From positions 34,473-98,472 of IMG/VR virus record IMGVR_UViG_2878528002_000001: 64,000 nucleotides of DNA. One strand, given 5' to 3'. A program made the position numbers and the translations under genes. The stretch comes from a virus (Duplodnaviria; Heunggongvirae; Uroviricota; Caudoviricetes). Below the pieces are notes generated by a model, which was not told the origin of the DNA, searched no databases, and was given only the letters and a program-made list of their open reading frames with translations. This document shows positions 1-10,225 of the stretch, piece by piece; the first letter of the stretch is position 1, and every line of letters begins with the position of its first letter.

Positions 1-296
1 CCAAGAGCATCACGAATTTCTTTTTTGGTTTCCTTAATATTCGCTCTTACTTGCTGTCTGCCTTTAGAAAAATCAATAGCAACGGAAGGATCAATTTTAC
101 CTTTTCCGAGATTTTGGTTTGCTCCCTGAGTAATTTGCTGACCAATAAGCTGTCCTGCTTTATTTAAACTATTGGAATTAATTTCAGGGGTGATCTTAAT
201 TTTCTTATTTTCATATTCAGATAAAAACGAATCCATTTGACTGCGCGCAGCAGACAAGTCAAGCTCTCCAACTATGTGAGCTATAAAATCACTCAT
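1..296 (-). CDS. N-terminus of probable tail tape measure protein (runs off left edge)
   Basis: Open frame from ATG 296 (MSDFIAHIVGELDLSAARSQM...) with GGGGG/AAAGG RBS; lies downstream of tail tube and chaperone-like genes. Function inferred from position only. Confidence 0.55.
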   Translation of the reverse strand, partial: MSDFIAHIVGELDLSAARSQMDSFLSEYENKKIKITPEINSNSLNKAGQLIGQQITQGANQNLGKGKIDPSVAIDFSKGRQQVRANIKETKKEIRDAL

Positions 297-320
297 ATAT
301 TTCCCCCTTTCTCACATACT

Positions 321-345
321 AAAAAAGAGAGGATCGTTCCTCTCT
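321..345 (-). terminator. Intrinsic terminator
   Basis: AGAGAGGA-N4-TCCTCTCT hairpin followed by T6 on the minus strand. Confidence 0.6.
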
Positions 346-348
346 AAA

Positions 349-738
349 TTAACCAAAATGTGCGCCGAAAACGGCATCTATATTTTTTTGTATATCTTCT
401 TCAGTCTTCGCCCAAAATCCGCCTGGGTTGATTAATCCCCCAGCTTCGGCTACATTAAATACTTTTGGAGTAGACCATGTTCCAGTATCATAATTAAATG
501 CCATGTCGTCATATATATCAAAAGTATATCTATTACCACCACCAGAAACTCCAGTTGATCGAGCGGAATTTTCAAGCTGTCCTGTAACAACATACACTTT
601 AGGTTGAACTTGTCGATAATCACTTGTGTTTTTTACAGCGTCGAGATAACAAAGTGATTCAGTCTGCCCCATGGCACTTTCAAGTTCAGCTTGAAGTGCA
701 GATTCTAATGCTCCCCACGATGAAAAACTTCCACCCAT
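349..738 (-). CDS. Putative tail-associated virion protein
   Basis: ORF track 349..789; likely start is ATG 738 (MGGSFSSW) with GGAG RBS; tail-module position. Confidence 0.5.
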   Translation of the reverse strand: MGGSFSSWGALESALQAELESAMGQTESLCYLDAVKNTSDYRQVQPKVYVVTGQLENSARSTGVSGGGNRYTFDIYDDMAFNYDTGTWSTPKVFNVAEAGGLINPGGFWAKTEEDIQKNIDAVFGAHFG

Positions 739-826
739 ATTGTCAACTCCTTCTGACTGCTCTGCACGGATAAATCCGGCAGCATGCAACTCTGCCTTTC
801 CATGACTGGCGATTTCCTCACAAAAA

Positions 827-1489
827 TTATTTATTACTTACATTGCGTGAATTGTATAACATCTCGAATTTTCGAAGATTTCTATTTTCTTCTTTGAGAT
901 CTCGAATTTCTTTGTTTTTTGCATCCATAATTTCTTTTGTCGCATCGTCGAGATTGAATGCAGCCGCATCGCGAACAATATCCGTGATCATTTCCTTTGT
1001 AATCGGAAGATTAGAATCTTTTAATTTCTGAACAACCGTCATGACTGATTTCAGATTTTCAGGACTCATTAACTCAACATTCATGTTGGCAAAATTGGCG
1101 AGAGATTCAATAATCACATTTGCAGCTCCGACAATAGTACTCAAATCCGGATTCTCATGAATGATGTATGATTTCATAAAATCTACTTTGTCTTCGACAT
1201 AAGAATTTACTTCCGTCATAATATCGTTGTTTACTGCATATTTCCCAACGAAAGTCTCAATTAATCGTTTCATATCATTATCAGTCATACAGATTGTATA
1301 AAGATTATCTCCATCTTCAAGCTCATAACCCTCGATGAAATATGTTGCAATTGAAACGATTTTAGATATTGGTGCAAAATATGGAGTGTATTTACCACCT
1401 CTAAAATAGTCTTCAACAATACTCTCAATTACATTAATTTTATCCTGAATAGTAATATTTTCTTTGATTCTGAGATTTTCTTTTTTCAT
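827..1489 (-). CDS. Hypothetical protein, possible tail assembly chaperone
   Basis: 220 aa ORF between tail tube and tape measure; helical/coiled C-terminus. Confidence 0.45.
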   Translation of the reverse strand: MKKENLRIKENITIQDKINVIESIVEDYFRGGKYTPYFAPISKIVSIATYFIEGYELEDGDNLYTICMTDNDMKRLIETFVGKYAVNNDIMTEVNSYVEDKVDFMKSYIIHENPDLSTIVGAANVIIESLANFANMNVELMSPENLKSVMTVVQKLKDSNLPITKEMITDIVRDAAAFNLDDATKEIMDAKNKEIRDLKEENRNLRKFEMLYNSRNVSNK

Positions 1490-1493
1490 TAAA

Positions 1494-2033
1494 CTATTTT
1501 CCTTTCTTTTTCTCTAACATATGATTCTCTGCATCAGTCAGAAATTGCTCAATATTATATCGATAATTCACTTTTAATTTTTTCTTTCCTATTATAATGG
1601 GTGAACAATAATGCAACATATCCAGCTCCGTGAAACTTTTTTTGTTAATAGAATTTATCATATCTACAAATTCATCTATATATAAAAAATAAGTATTGCC
1701 GGACTTTCGAAAATCTAGCAAAAATCCAGAAATTACATTTGTGTATTTAGAAAAATTACATAATGATTCAATCTGATATAAATGAATTATTCCTGTATCT
1801 TCTTTAACTCTTTCAAAAGAACAGGATCCTTGAAATGTTTTGCATTCCACAGCATAAAAAAATCCACTTGCCCCGTGATAAAAAAAGAAATCGGCGGGAG
1901 AGTGGCGACTAAATCTTAATTTCGATGACATATTAAAGGCTTGTGCTGCGTCTGGCGGTCTATAAACTAACAGCCAATCGGGACACGAGTCTTTTACGTT
2001 ATCCTCGAATTGCTTTCCAATTGTTCTTGCCAT
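1494..2033 (-). CDS. recU: RecU-like Holliday junction resolvase (PD-(D/E)XK)
   Basis: Motifs GKQFE, SPADF, AVECKT..SCSF, IHLYQIESL match the RecU family pattern. Confidence 0.75.
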   Translation of the reverse strand: MARTIGKQFEDNVKDSCPDWLLVYRPPDAAQAFNMSSKLRFSRHSPADFFFYHGASGFFYAVECKTFQGSCSFERVKEDTGIIHLYQIESLCNFSKYTNVISGFLLDFRKSGNTYFLYIDEFVDMINSINKKSFTELDMLHYCSPIIIGKKKLKVNYRYNIEQFLTDAENHMLEKKKGK

Positions 2034-2035
2034 AC

Positions 2036-2215
2036 TTACTTTGTATAAACATTTGTGTAAAATTCTGTTAGAGTCGCAAACAATTGTTCATTCTTTTTAT
2101 ATTTCCATGTTGTTGCACCATTAATTTCTTTTACAAATGTATATCTAATACCATGTTCTAATAGATATTTGCATTCTTCTGACCATGTTGTGCTATATTC
2201 TCGGTCTATCTTCAA
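2036..2215 (-). CDS. Small DUF5659-like protein (59 aa)
   Basis: TTG start with AGAGGT RBS; MKIDREYSTTWSEECKYLLEHGIRYTFVKEINGATTWKYKK...; below the ORF-track cutoff. Confidence 0.55.
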   Translation of the reverse strand: MKIDREYSTTWSEECKYLLEHGIRYTFVKEINGATTWKYKKNEQLFATLTEFYTNVYTK

Positions 2216-2323
2216 ACTAATTTATACCTCTTTTCATTTCGTAAAAAATAGGGTTAGTACAAATAAATACATATTAGTGTTTATCTCTACTAACCCTATC
2301 AACTTTTCAACACTAACATATAA

Positions 2324-2506
2324 TTACTCGAAATATTTACATCCTTCTTTTTGTTTATGTGGAATATATTTATCTTGTTCATTGCAATATCTTTGACAAG
2401 TGCATAATTTTAACATCTCATCATAACCATCTTTATCTTTTAATTTGCAAAATAACATAATTCGTTCTGTTCGTCCCACATATTTTTCATAACAATTATT
2501 ACACAT
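2324..2506 (-). CDS. Small Cys-rich hypothetical protein
   Basis: 60 aa ORF with AAGGA RBS and 7 Cys. Confidence 0.6.
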   Translation of the reverse strand: MCNNCYEKYVGRTERIMLFCKLKDKDGYDEMLKLCTCQRYCNEQDKYIPHKQKEGCKYFE

Positions 2507-2518
2507 TTTATTCCTTCA

Positions 2519-2548
2519 AAATAATAGAGAGGTGTAAAAACACCTCTC
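2519..2548 (-). terminator. Terminator-like hairpin after tail tube gene
   Basis: GAGAGGTG-N6-CACCTCTC inverted repeat. Confidence 0.5.
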
Positions 2549-2565
2549 CGTATATTTCAACTTAA

Positions 2566-3567
2566 TTAAGATACGACAACTTTTACGATGTCTTTTGCAC
2601 CACTGGTTTTATGTGTTACTGTTACATAAGTTGTACCAGCTGCAACACCTGTGATTACTCCATCTTTTACCGTTGCGGTTCCAGCAGTTTCAGATGCAAA
2701 ATCACAATCTTTTGCATCGATAGATACATTACTGTATAAACCACCACGAATGCCAATTACAGAAAGAGTAGCGGTTCCTTTTCCTTTAATTGTAACTTCC
2801 GCTGGTGTAACAGCGATATCTGAGATGGCAACATCACTTTCTGCATCTGGAACTTCTGTTACATATGCATAAACAGTACCATCAGAACAAGAAGCACCTT
2901 CTACAGCAAGAGCATCACCCTCGATAGAGAAGGAAGAAACACCTTCAGCTTCCAGAGAAAGGTCAAATGTACCGTTTGGCTGGAATGATGGAATCTCAAT
3001 CTGAACCTGTCCAACTTTTCCTTTTGTGTTATTATACTTATCAGCAGTAAGCACAAGACGCCCGATAAGAGGAGCAGAATCAGCATCAATTGTAATATAT
3101 TTTACAGATTTAGAGAACTTGTATGTAGCTTTAACTGTTGCATCAGCATTACCAACTGTAATTGAATTTCCGGAAGGAAGAACTTCAACAATGCTTCCAT
3201 CTTCTTTTTCTACAAATACTTTTTCCCCTGTTACAGGTGTTTTAGTAAGTGTGCCAACACCTTTTGTAAGTGTTACACATTCCGCAATCTGGAACACATC
3301 ACGAAGTCCTGTAGCGATTGCAGAACCAGTATTTGCTGCGATGTATGCAAGATTCCAATCTGCCATTTCGATAGTTGGAGCAAGTTTACGTCCATATTTG
3401 TATTTGAACAGAGTCTTAGCACCTTTACCACCAGTTACTTCCTGATCTTCCATGGATACAGAAATACTTGTATTAAGAGCTGTTGTACCTGTAAATGCAA
3501 GAGTATCATTCACATAGAAGGCAACATCAGCTACGGATACTAAAAAGTCCTTAGAATTCTTAGCCAT
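2566..3567 (-). CDS. Major tail (tube) protein with C-terminal Ig-like domain
   Basis: 333 aa, Ala/Thr/Val/Gly-rich; C-terminal IAVTPAEVTIKG...TATV..GVITGVAAGTTYVTVT is Big_2-like; module position. Confidence 0.8.
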   Translation of the reverse strand: MAKNSKDFLVSVADVAFYVNDTLAFTGTTALNTSISVSMEDQEVTGGKGAKTLFKYKYGRKLAPTIEMADWNLAYIAANTGSAIATGLRDVFQIAECVTLTKGVGTLTKTPVTGEKVFVEKEDGSIVEVLPSGNSITVGNADATVKATYKFSKSVKYITIDADSAPLIGRLVLTADKYNNTKGKVGQVQIEIPSFQPNGTFDLSLEAEGVSSFSIEGDALAVEGASCSDGTVYAYVTEVPDAESDVAISDIAVTPAEVTIKGKGTATLSVIGIRGGLYSNVSIDAKDCDFASETAGTATVKDGVITGVAAGTTYVTVTHKTSGAKDIVKVVVS

Positions 3568-3614
3568 TTATTTTTCCTCGCTTTCTTATTTTTGAGTAAC
3601 AAAAAAGAAGCAGA

Positions 3615-4394
3615 TCATCCGATCTTGCTTCTAAGTTCATCCTCATTTGCTTTTACATTTGCATATTTATCTGTAACTTCCATACTGGTCATCCAATGCT
3701 GCAATGGTTCTTTAAACGTAACCATTCCGCCCATCTGCCCAGTAAAACAAGCTTCATATGTTTCATGTTTTTGTATACGTTTTATATATCTCCAAAATTT
3801 TCGTATACTTAATTTTTCAACATATTCACTTGGAACAGACAATGCTATTGCAAGTGAATCTATATAATCTTCAGTATCTCCATCTGATTTATTTTTCTTT
3901 GCTTCAAATTCGCGTGCTTTTTCCAACGCGTGATAAGCATCAATATTCATGAATTCGTCTATATCAAAATCCACATCGTTTTGAATGATGAATATGCGCC
4001 GCAAATCATCAAAAATATCATTTGTTATCTCACAACCATTTATAAAAACAGTTAAATCTTCCTCAACATCCATGTTTGCATTTTCACCACACATCAATAA
4101 TAGAAGTTGGCACGACATTTTAAAATAATAAGGAAGTACTGGCATTTTGTATTTAATTGCCACTTCTTCATCTTGTGCTACATATTTTAAAAAATCGAAA
4201 TACCTCATCTTGATAAATTTCTTTTCTGTAAAGGTAGCATCTTTTCGCACGGTAAATGCATGTTGATATTGATTGAATTCCAAAACATTCATCATTTTTA
4301 ACGGATATAATGTAATGAATTTATTATATTTGATTGGCGTATCGAATAATAAATATTTTTTTAAACCTTGCTTAGTTAATTCCACAAGAAACAC
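3615..4394 (-). CDS. Virion morphogenesis protein (putative tail completion or chaperone)
   Basis: 259 aa ORF in the contiguous head-tail operon. Confidence 0.5.
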   Translation of the reverse strand: MFLVELTKQGLKKYLLFDTPIKYNKFITLYPLKMMNVLEFNQYQHAFTVRKDATFTEKKFIKMRYFDFLKYVAQDEEVAIKYKMPVLPYYFKMSCQLLLLMCGENANMDVEEDLTVFINGCEITNDIFDDLRRIFIIQNDVDFDIDEFMNIDAYHALEKAREFEAKKNKSDGDTEDYIDSLAIALSVPSEYVEKLSIRKFWRYIKRIQKHETYEACFTGQMGGMVTFKEPLQHWMTSMEVTDKYANVKANEDELRSKIG

Positions 4395-4974
4395 CTGCGT
4401 TATAATTTTTTATTTGATATTGTAAGCATTTGCCGTAATATTGATTATTTGGACGATACGTCGTCATAAAATTACGGTACATAGGAGTTACTTCACCAAT
4501 TCCTTTGAGATTATTATTTTCTTGATTCATCATAAGATCATCGATACGTTCACACATTGCATCTATTCGATTCGCATATGTATTGGAAGCAAAAAGATTC
4601 ATGTCTTTGACCTCTTGAGCGGTAGGAGATGAGTATGGAGATAATCGGATCAAATCTTTGTCTGTAAATGGAATAATAAAGAGAGTAAAATCTACAAACA
4701 TGTTATTTGTGATATTTGTGATATTAGCATCTACAAACGTAAATACTTTCTTATCAGTAACTGCATCATCTACAAAATCATGATCAAACAGATGTCCCTG
4801 TTCTGTCCATTTTTTTCCATTGATGATCCATTCACCGCCAAGAATCACATCAACAATATCTAAGTCTTCACATTCACTTTCATTTGGAGATAATAATTTT
4901 CTATATTTTTCATCGCTCGCAAGAAGCCGCATGATTTTATTTTTATATTCAGCCAAAATGCCTAAATTACTCAT
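4372..4974 (-). CDS. Putative tail terminator / neck protein
   Basis: 200 aa ORF; position in operon. Confidence 0.45.
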   Translation of the reverse strand: MSNLGILAEYKNKIMRLLASDEKYRKLLSPNESECEDLDIVDVILGGEWIINGKKWTEQGHLFDHDFVDDAVTDKKVFTFVDANITNITNNMFVDFTLFIIPFTDKDLIRLSPYSSPTAQEVKDMNLFASNTYANRIDAMCERIDDLMMNQENNNLKGIGEVTPMYRNFMTTYRPNNQYYGKCLQYQIKNYNAGVSCGIN

Positions 4975-4983
4975 ACATCCTCC

Positions 4984-6027
4984 TTACATCACGTCGATGA
5001 TATTAATTTCTTTTTCTATTATAAGTTTTGTATCGGCAAAAATTTGAAGTTTAAAGCTTTTCCCTATGCGATTTTTGTCCGATGCTGATAACTTTATTGT
5101 TTCGTTATGTTCACCAGTTACATCCTGTGATACAGGAAAATCCGAGTCAACTTTCCATTCAAAAGAAACAGATGAAAGACTTATTTCAGCCCCGTTTTCC
5201 CTGAATGACACCGTATAATATCTCGGAATTCCAATTTTTAAATTGGAATTTCCAGAAATACTTCCGGTAATATTTCCAGTAGATGGTTTATTTGGAACAT
5301 CAGAAGATAGCTGATTAGGATCTATATAATCACAAATACCTAAATCAGGTCTGTCATGATCTAAATCCAATTCATTTTTATCCGCGATAAAACTAAGAAT
5401 GCCACCATGCGTCTCCCCAAAAAGATATAAGATATCGTCTGAACGAGTAATCTGAAATACTTTTTTAGGATTATGAATATTGCGGTCAATGAAAACACGC
5501 TTATTATCCAATGTTGCTGTATCATCATCATCCGGAAGTAAAATGGTAAAGTTATTGGATGTCAATATGATATATTGATTTCCAGTTCTGCCTGTATCGT
5601 ATTTACTAGCAGATGTACCATTACACCAACGTTCAATAATTTTGCCCTCATCATTCTGCCATTTGATTTTACACTGACATAATGAGAGAGTAGCCTTCTC
5701 ATATGTTCCATTGTTATCTGGATATCCCGTAATGAGCCAATACCGATCCTGATAATAGATGTACATTCCTGCGCGAACAGTACCAATCAGAAACAACCCA
5801 ATTCTCTCAAGTGTTTTTAACTGAGTATCGCCCATGCGTCCCTGTATAACACATCTGATTCTTTTACATTCGGATAAGTCGCTGCTGTATAAATCAACCG
5901 TGGTTGCTATATTAGTTTGCAAGGTTTCTGCGAATGAATCTTCTCTATAATCCAAATATGCGTCATTTTCATATCCGCCAAGTAAATTCGGACGAGTAGT
6001 TTTGTCCATCAAATACCAATCTTTCAT
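4984..6027 (-). CDS. Putative head-closure / neck protein
   Basis: 347 aa; beta-rich core with GMYIYYQDRYWLIT segment typical of stopper-like proteins; position. Confidence 0.5.
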   Translation of the reverse strand: MKDWYLMDKTTRPNLLGGYENDAYLDYREDSFAETLQTNIATTVDLYSSDLSECKRIRCVIQGRMGDTQLKTLERIGLFLIGTVRAGMYIYYQDRYWLITGYPDNNGTYEKATLSLCQCKIKWQNDEGKIIERWCNGTSASKYDTGRTGNQYIILTSNNFTILLPDDDDTATLDNKRVFIDRNIHNPKKVFQITRSDDILYLFGETHGGILSFIADKNELDLDHDRPDLGICDYIDPNQLSSDVPNKPSTGNITGSISGNSNLKIGIPRYYTVSFRENGAEISLSSVSFEWKVDSDFPVSQDVTGEHNETIKLSASDKNRIGKSFKLQIFADTKLIIEKEINIIDVM

Positions 6028-6037
6028 TAGATTCCTC

Positions 6038-6433
6038 CTATTCTGTATAAGAGGTTGCGGTCTGCTTATACAGCAAACGCTCTAACTCAAATTGTGCATG
6101 TTCAAGCTCGCTTTTCGCTGCTGATTTTGAAGATCCACTGCCATCAATGGATAAGTCTTTGCTTACAATACTAATGCGCTTATTGACTTTAGATAATTCT
6201 CGTTCCTGATAAAATACTTTCATCATCCATCCAAGAGTATCTATAACATAGCGGTCTAATTTTGTGTCAAATTCCCCGAGTTCTTCATCATATTCGATAG
6301 ATGCGATTTCAAAAGAATATTTTCCAACGGCTTTCATAAACCATTCTCTTTCAAGAGATTCGGGGATTTCAACTTTGTCCTGGAAAGTAGTATGAAAACT
6401 GTTTATTACTTCCTCATAAGTTGTTTTTCTCAT
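6038..6433 (-). CDS. Putative head-tail adaptor
   Basis: 131 aa helical protein downstream of capsid. Confidence 0.5.
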   Translation of the reverse strand: MRKTTYEEVINSFHTTFQDKVEIPESLEREWFMKAVGKYSFEIASIEYDEELGEFDTKLDRYVIDTLGWMMKVFYQERELSKVNKRISIVSKDLSIDGSGSSKSAAKSELEHAQFELERLLYKQTATSYTE

Positions 6434-6446
6434 CTATCGCCACTTC

Positions 6447-7019
6447 CTAAACTCTGATTCCAGTAAGATTTTCGACAGAACGAACTTTCTCATAATCATT
6501 AAACTTAAACTTACGGATCATTTCAACAATAGCAAATTCCTCGGCGCGAGTTTTTACCATGTTTGGAAGAGTAGCTTCAAAATCTATTTTGTTCTTTGCA
6601 AAAAGATTTTTTACAGCTTCTTCACTGATTACTTTTTGAGCAGAATTTTCTGTTTCAAAATCTGCTTCGATTCGCGTAGGTTTATCTTCAATATATAAAG
6701 TTGCATGAGAACCCTGTCCGTCAATTCCTGTAAAAAGTGTATTTCCGTTCTGAACCTGAGTAATAATTTCACTTGCAGTCAGTCTGACAGATCCACGAGC
6801 AGGAATGGTAACATCACCATTTGTTTCGATTCTCTGAAATCCTGTAGTCCAGTTTGCAATACTTTTTACAGTCACTTTCTTTTCTGGATTAAATTTTTCA
6901 ATTTTAGGTGTAGCAGGTTTTTCTTCTGCTTTTATGACAGAAGCAGTAGTTTTTGTTTGTGCTACTTCTTTTACACCATCTGTTACTTTTTTACTAACTG
7001 CCATTATATTTCCTTTCAA
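6447..7019 (-). CDS. Hypothetical head-associated protein
   Basis: 190 aa ORF; K/T/A-rich N-terminus. Confidence 0.5.
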   Translation of the reverse strand: MKGNIMAVSKKVTDGVKEVAQTKTTASVIKAEEKPATPKIEKFNPEKKVTVKSIANWTTGFQRIETNGDVTIPARGSVRLTASEIITQVQNGNTLFTGIDGQGSHATLYIEDKPTRIEADFETENSAQKVISEEAVKNLFAKNKIDFEATLPNMVKTRAEEFAIVEMIRKFKFNDYEKVRSVENLTGIRV

Positions 7020-7057
7020 CTATTTTGCATTTATCAACTATTAGACTAATTAGACGA

Positions 7058-7237
7058 TCAAACTGTATGGATTACTTCCTTATATAAAGATATGATTTTA
7101 TCCAAACGTTCTGATTTTTCAAAAGTGTAATATGGAGTATTGGTACGCTTATTCCTGGAATAGGAAACATATCTGATCCCAAATGCCATGATGAAACATG
7201 CCAACTTTTTTGAGTAGCAGTAAAAATACTCATTCAT
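7058..7237 (-). CDS. Small DUF5659-like protein (59 aa)
   Basis: MNEYFYCYSKKLACFIMAFGIRY...TPYYTFEKSERL; GGAG RBS; not in ORF track. Confidence 0.6.
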   Translation of the reverse strand: MNEYFYCYSKKLACFIMAFGIRYVSYSRNKRTNTPYYTFEKSERLDKIISLYKEVIHTV

Positions 7238-7320
7238 ATTTGCACTCCATGTATATAGGGGACTACACTAATGCGTAATCCCCCTTATATTAGTTGTTTA
7301 AAGCTAACTTTAAGACGCGA

Positions 7321-8421
7321 TTATTTATCAAAAGATCCAAGCTTTTTATCGCTGAGTAATCCGATCATGTATTCGTGTCCAGGTTCAACCATAGCTCCGA
7401 TTTCTAAGTCCATTCTGGAAATTAACTGACCAGTTGTAACATCTGCGCCAGAGAATGATGTTAATCCGCCTCTTGTTACAGTATGAATTGGACTTCTTCC
7501 GCCAGCTGGCATAACAAATCCGATACCTGCCGGAATCAGAGTTGCAAAATTCTTTCCATCTTCTGTGAGTGTAGTAAGATCATACTGATTTGGAATCTCT
7601 GTAAGAGTAGTTCCGTTATACATGCCCATAAGGCCTGTATCATGGATTTCTTTCATAACCGCTTCGGAAATTCCACTAACAGTAGGTGTTACACCCTGAT
7701 AACCAGCAAATCCGTTGAACTGGGAGATAAGTGCATAATCACCAGCGACAGTTGGTTTACCAAATCGTCTTACATCAGAAATAACTTTGTCAACACCAGT
7801 CTTTGTCAGACCATCACCTTCAAATACATAATTTACACCTGTTGCGTTTTTGATTGCATTGTAAACTGTTCTCATAACATACAGAGCAGCTTTGTTTCTA
7901 ATCTGTACACGAACCTGATCCTGAAGTGTATTCTCGTCAGACATATCACCAAGAGCGGCTTTTCTGTAATCTACAGCATAACCACCAGAAATAGTAGTTG
8001 TTGTGATCGGAACACGTTTCTTTCTAATTACTGGGAATTTTACATCCTGTCCAAGAGCCTGCTCATTTGCTGACAGATTGCCGAAATCAGTGATCTCGAT
8101 TTCACAAGATTCGTTGTATCCAAGTGGTTTATATGTACCATAGATTCCGAGAAGTTTGATTTCCTCAAGAAGTACTGGTTCCATAGCGAATCTACGAAGT
8201 TCATTCAGCTCTGAAATAGCAGTCACATCACCAGCAGATGCTTTCTGATTCAGTTCCATAATGTATTTAGCAGCAACGTCTGCTTTTTTTCCAAATTTAT
8301 CCAGTGGCTGTCCGTTAGTCATTGCAGAGAAAATTTCTACAATAGCAGATTTGCCATTGATTTTTCCGCTAACATAGTTAGCGTCTCTACGTTCATTATT
8401 AAGTTCAAATGTATAAGACAT
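7321..8421 (-). CDS. Major capsid protein
   Basis: 366 aa; follows protease and decoration genes; strong GGAGG RBS. Confidence 0.8.
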   Translation of the reverse strand: MSYTFELNNERRDANYVSGKINGKSAIVEIFSAMTNGQPLDKFGKKADVAAKYIMELNQKASAGDVTAISELNELRRFAMEPVLLEEIKLLGIYGTYKPLGYNESCEIEITDFGNLSANEQALGQDVKFPVIRKKRVPITTTTISGGYAVDYRKAALGDMSDENTLQDQVRVQIRNKAALYVMRTVYNAIKNATGVNYVFEGDGLTKTGVDKVISDVRRFGKPTVAGDYALISQFNGFAGYQGVTPTVSGISEAVMKEIHDTGLMGMYNGTTLTEIPNQYDLTTLTEDGKNFATLIPAGIGFVMPAGGRSPIHTVTRGGLTSFSGADVTTGQLISRMDLEIGAMVEPGHEYMIGLLSDKKLGSFDK

Positions 8422-8444
8422 TATCTATATCCTCCTTCACAAAA

Positions 8445-8864
8445 TTATTCAGTGACAACTTTAACTTCTACACCGAGTTTGTTTCCGATAATTGCAGTTA
8501 CTTCCAGATACGGAGCAGCAGCAGAACTATTTTTTACAAGTTTTCCTTCTGCATCGGATTCAAGTTTGTCACCTTTGGCAACGTCTGCCGGAAGTTCATC
8601 GCCATAAACTTCAAGCATTTTTCCGTTAAGTTTTGCAAGATCAAGAACCCTTACATGTTCACCTTTTACGATTTTGTATGTTGGCATATATTCATCATCA
8701 CCACGCTCAATCTGCATGATTACTTTTCCTTTGTTTGCACCAACTGTAAATTTTCCGCCATTTACTTCACCGTAAGCACCATTAAATGTATCTGCGGATG
8801 CTACTGCATCTTCAAATGGGTATTCCCCATGCTCAATCTGACCAATTGTAGAAAATTTGACCAT
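8445..8864 (-). CDS. Capsid decoration / cement protein (YonC-like position)
   Basis: 139 aa between protease and capsid genes. Confidence 0.55.
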   Translation of the reverse strand: MVKFSTIGQIEHGEYPFEDAVASADTFNGAYGEVNGGKFTVGANKGKVIMQIERGDDEYMPTYKIVKGEHVRVLDLAKLNGKMLEVYGDELPADVAKGDKLESDAEGKLVKNSSAAAPYLEVTAIIGNKLGVEVKVVTE

Positions 8865-8934
8865 TTTTAATCCTCCTTATTTTTGACAATAAAAATAGCC
8901 CGGAATTCCGGACTTCTAAGTAATTAATATTTAA

Positions 8935-10176
8935 TTAGAAAATATTGATATCTTCCTCTGTATCTGTTGTTTCTTCTTCACACATCTCGGAGAAGATATC
9001 CTCAACTTCAACTTCCTGATGAGAGTTCTGCTCTGCAATTCTAGCAGCTTCTGCTTCAGCAGCGGCTTTCTTCTGATTTGCTACAATGTTCATACAGATT
9101 TCAGATTTAATAGCTGTGATTTTTTCGTCTACACTATTAAGTTCTTCTTTCTTTTTGCAAGCACTAATTTCAGATTTTAGTTTATCAATATCATCTTTAG
9201 CAACTTCTTGTTCCTCTGAACTAAACTCTGCAAGAGTTTTATCAAGCGCGCTAAGTTTTTCTGCAATTTTCGCTTTAGCGATTTCCTCTTCAAGAATTCG
9301 CATCTCAGCCCAACTTGTTTCCTGATCCTTTTTCATATCATCAAGAAGTTTCTGCATATCTGCAATAGATGCATTCAGCTCAGAAATTTTTGTATCTTTT
9401 TCTGCAAGCTCGACATCTTTGCTCTCAAGCTGAGAATTTAACTCTGAAATCTGTGTTTCATATGATTCAGACTTTTTATTCATTTCTGAAATAGTAGCCT
9501 GAATAGTGGATTTGATTTCGTCCATACTAAATTCCATTTCTTTGTTTTCCTCCTTTTTTTCTTTCTTTTCTGCGATTTCAATAATTACTGCGTCATCATC
9601 CGCCGGTGAGATACTAAGAATAGCTGTTCCGGAAAATGCCATCTCCATTGGACTACGATATTCTCTGGTTGGTTCATCTTCCTCATAAATAATTTCATTA
9701 TTATTTTCAACTGTTCCCATTATTTCAATAGAAGTAGATACAGTTCCAAGTGCAAAATTTTTCCTTACCCATTTAACAAATTTAGGATAACGCTGAGAAT
9801 ATAAATATCCCTCACCGCATAAAACTTCAATATCATTACCGGATTCATCCTGCATTGTCTCGATACTTGCTTTTTCACATGTACCAACGACTTCTGAATT
9901 TTCAAAAGCGGGTTCTTTGAATCCATCTGAATTTGTAAATGCACCTGTTAATCCATGCCCCAAAGGAACTTCTTTAGTATCTTCATCTGCAAATTCGGCA
10001 CAAATTGGCATTCCAATAACAGAATCCATAGCTTTTTCTACATATTCTTTTTTCCAATGTATACCATTTTTATTTGTCTCATCTGGATTGTTATGAATTT
10101 TAAGAAGTGCAATTTTAATTGGGACACGACCATTTTTATTAGCTCGCTTAGAAATTTCGAGGATATTGTTAAACAT
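8935..10176 (-). CDS. Prohead protease-scaffold fusion (YonD-like)
   Basis: N-terminal protease-like region (PLGHG, VSTSIEI, FSGTAIL); C-terminal long acidic coiled coil. Confidence 0.75.
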   Translation of the reverse strand: MFNNILEISKRANKNGRVPIKIALLKIHNNPDETNKNGIHWKKEYVEKAMDSVIGMPICAEFADEDTKEVPLGHGLTGAFTNSDGFKEPAFENSEVVGTCEKASIETMQDESGNDIEVLCGEGYLYSQRYPKFVKWVRKNFALGTVSTSIEIMGTVENNNEIIYEEDEPTREYRSPMEMAFSGTAILSISPADDDAVIIEIAEKKEKKEENKEMEFSMDEIKSTIQATISEMNKKSESYETQISELNSQLESKDVELAEKDTKISELNASIADMQKLLDDMKKDQETSWAEMRILEEEIAKAKIAEKLSALDKTLAEFSSEEQEVAKDDIDKLKSEISACKKKEELNSVDEKITAIKSEICMNIVANQKKAAAEAEAARIAEQNSHQEVEVEDIFSEMCEEETTDTEEDINIF

Positions 10177-10225
10177 ATTTTATCCTCCTTTATGGTTATT
10201 TATAATGAAAGGCAAAAGCCTTAGA

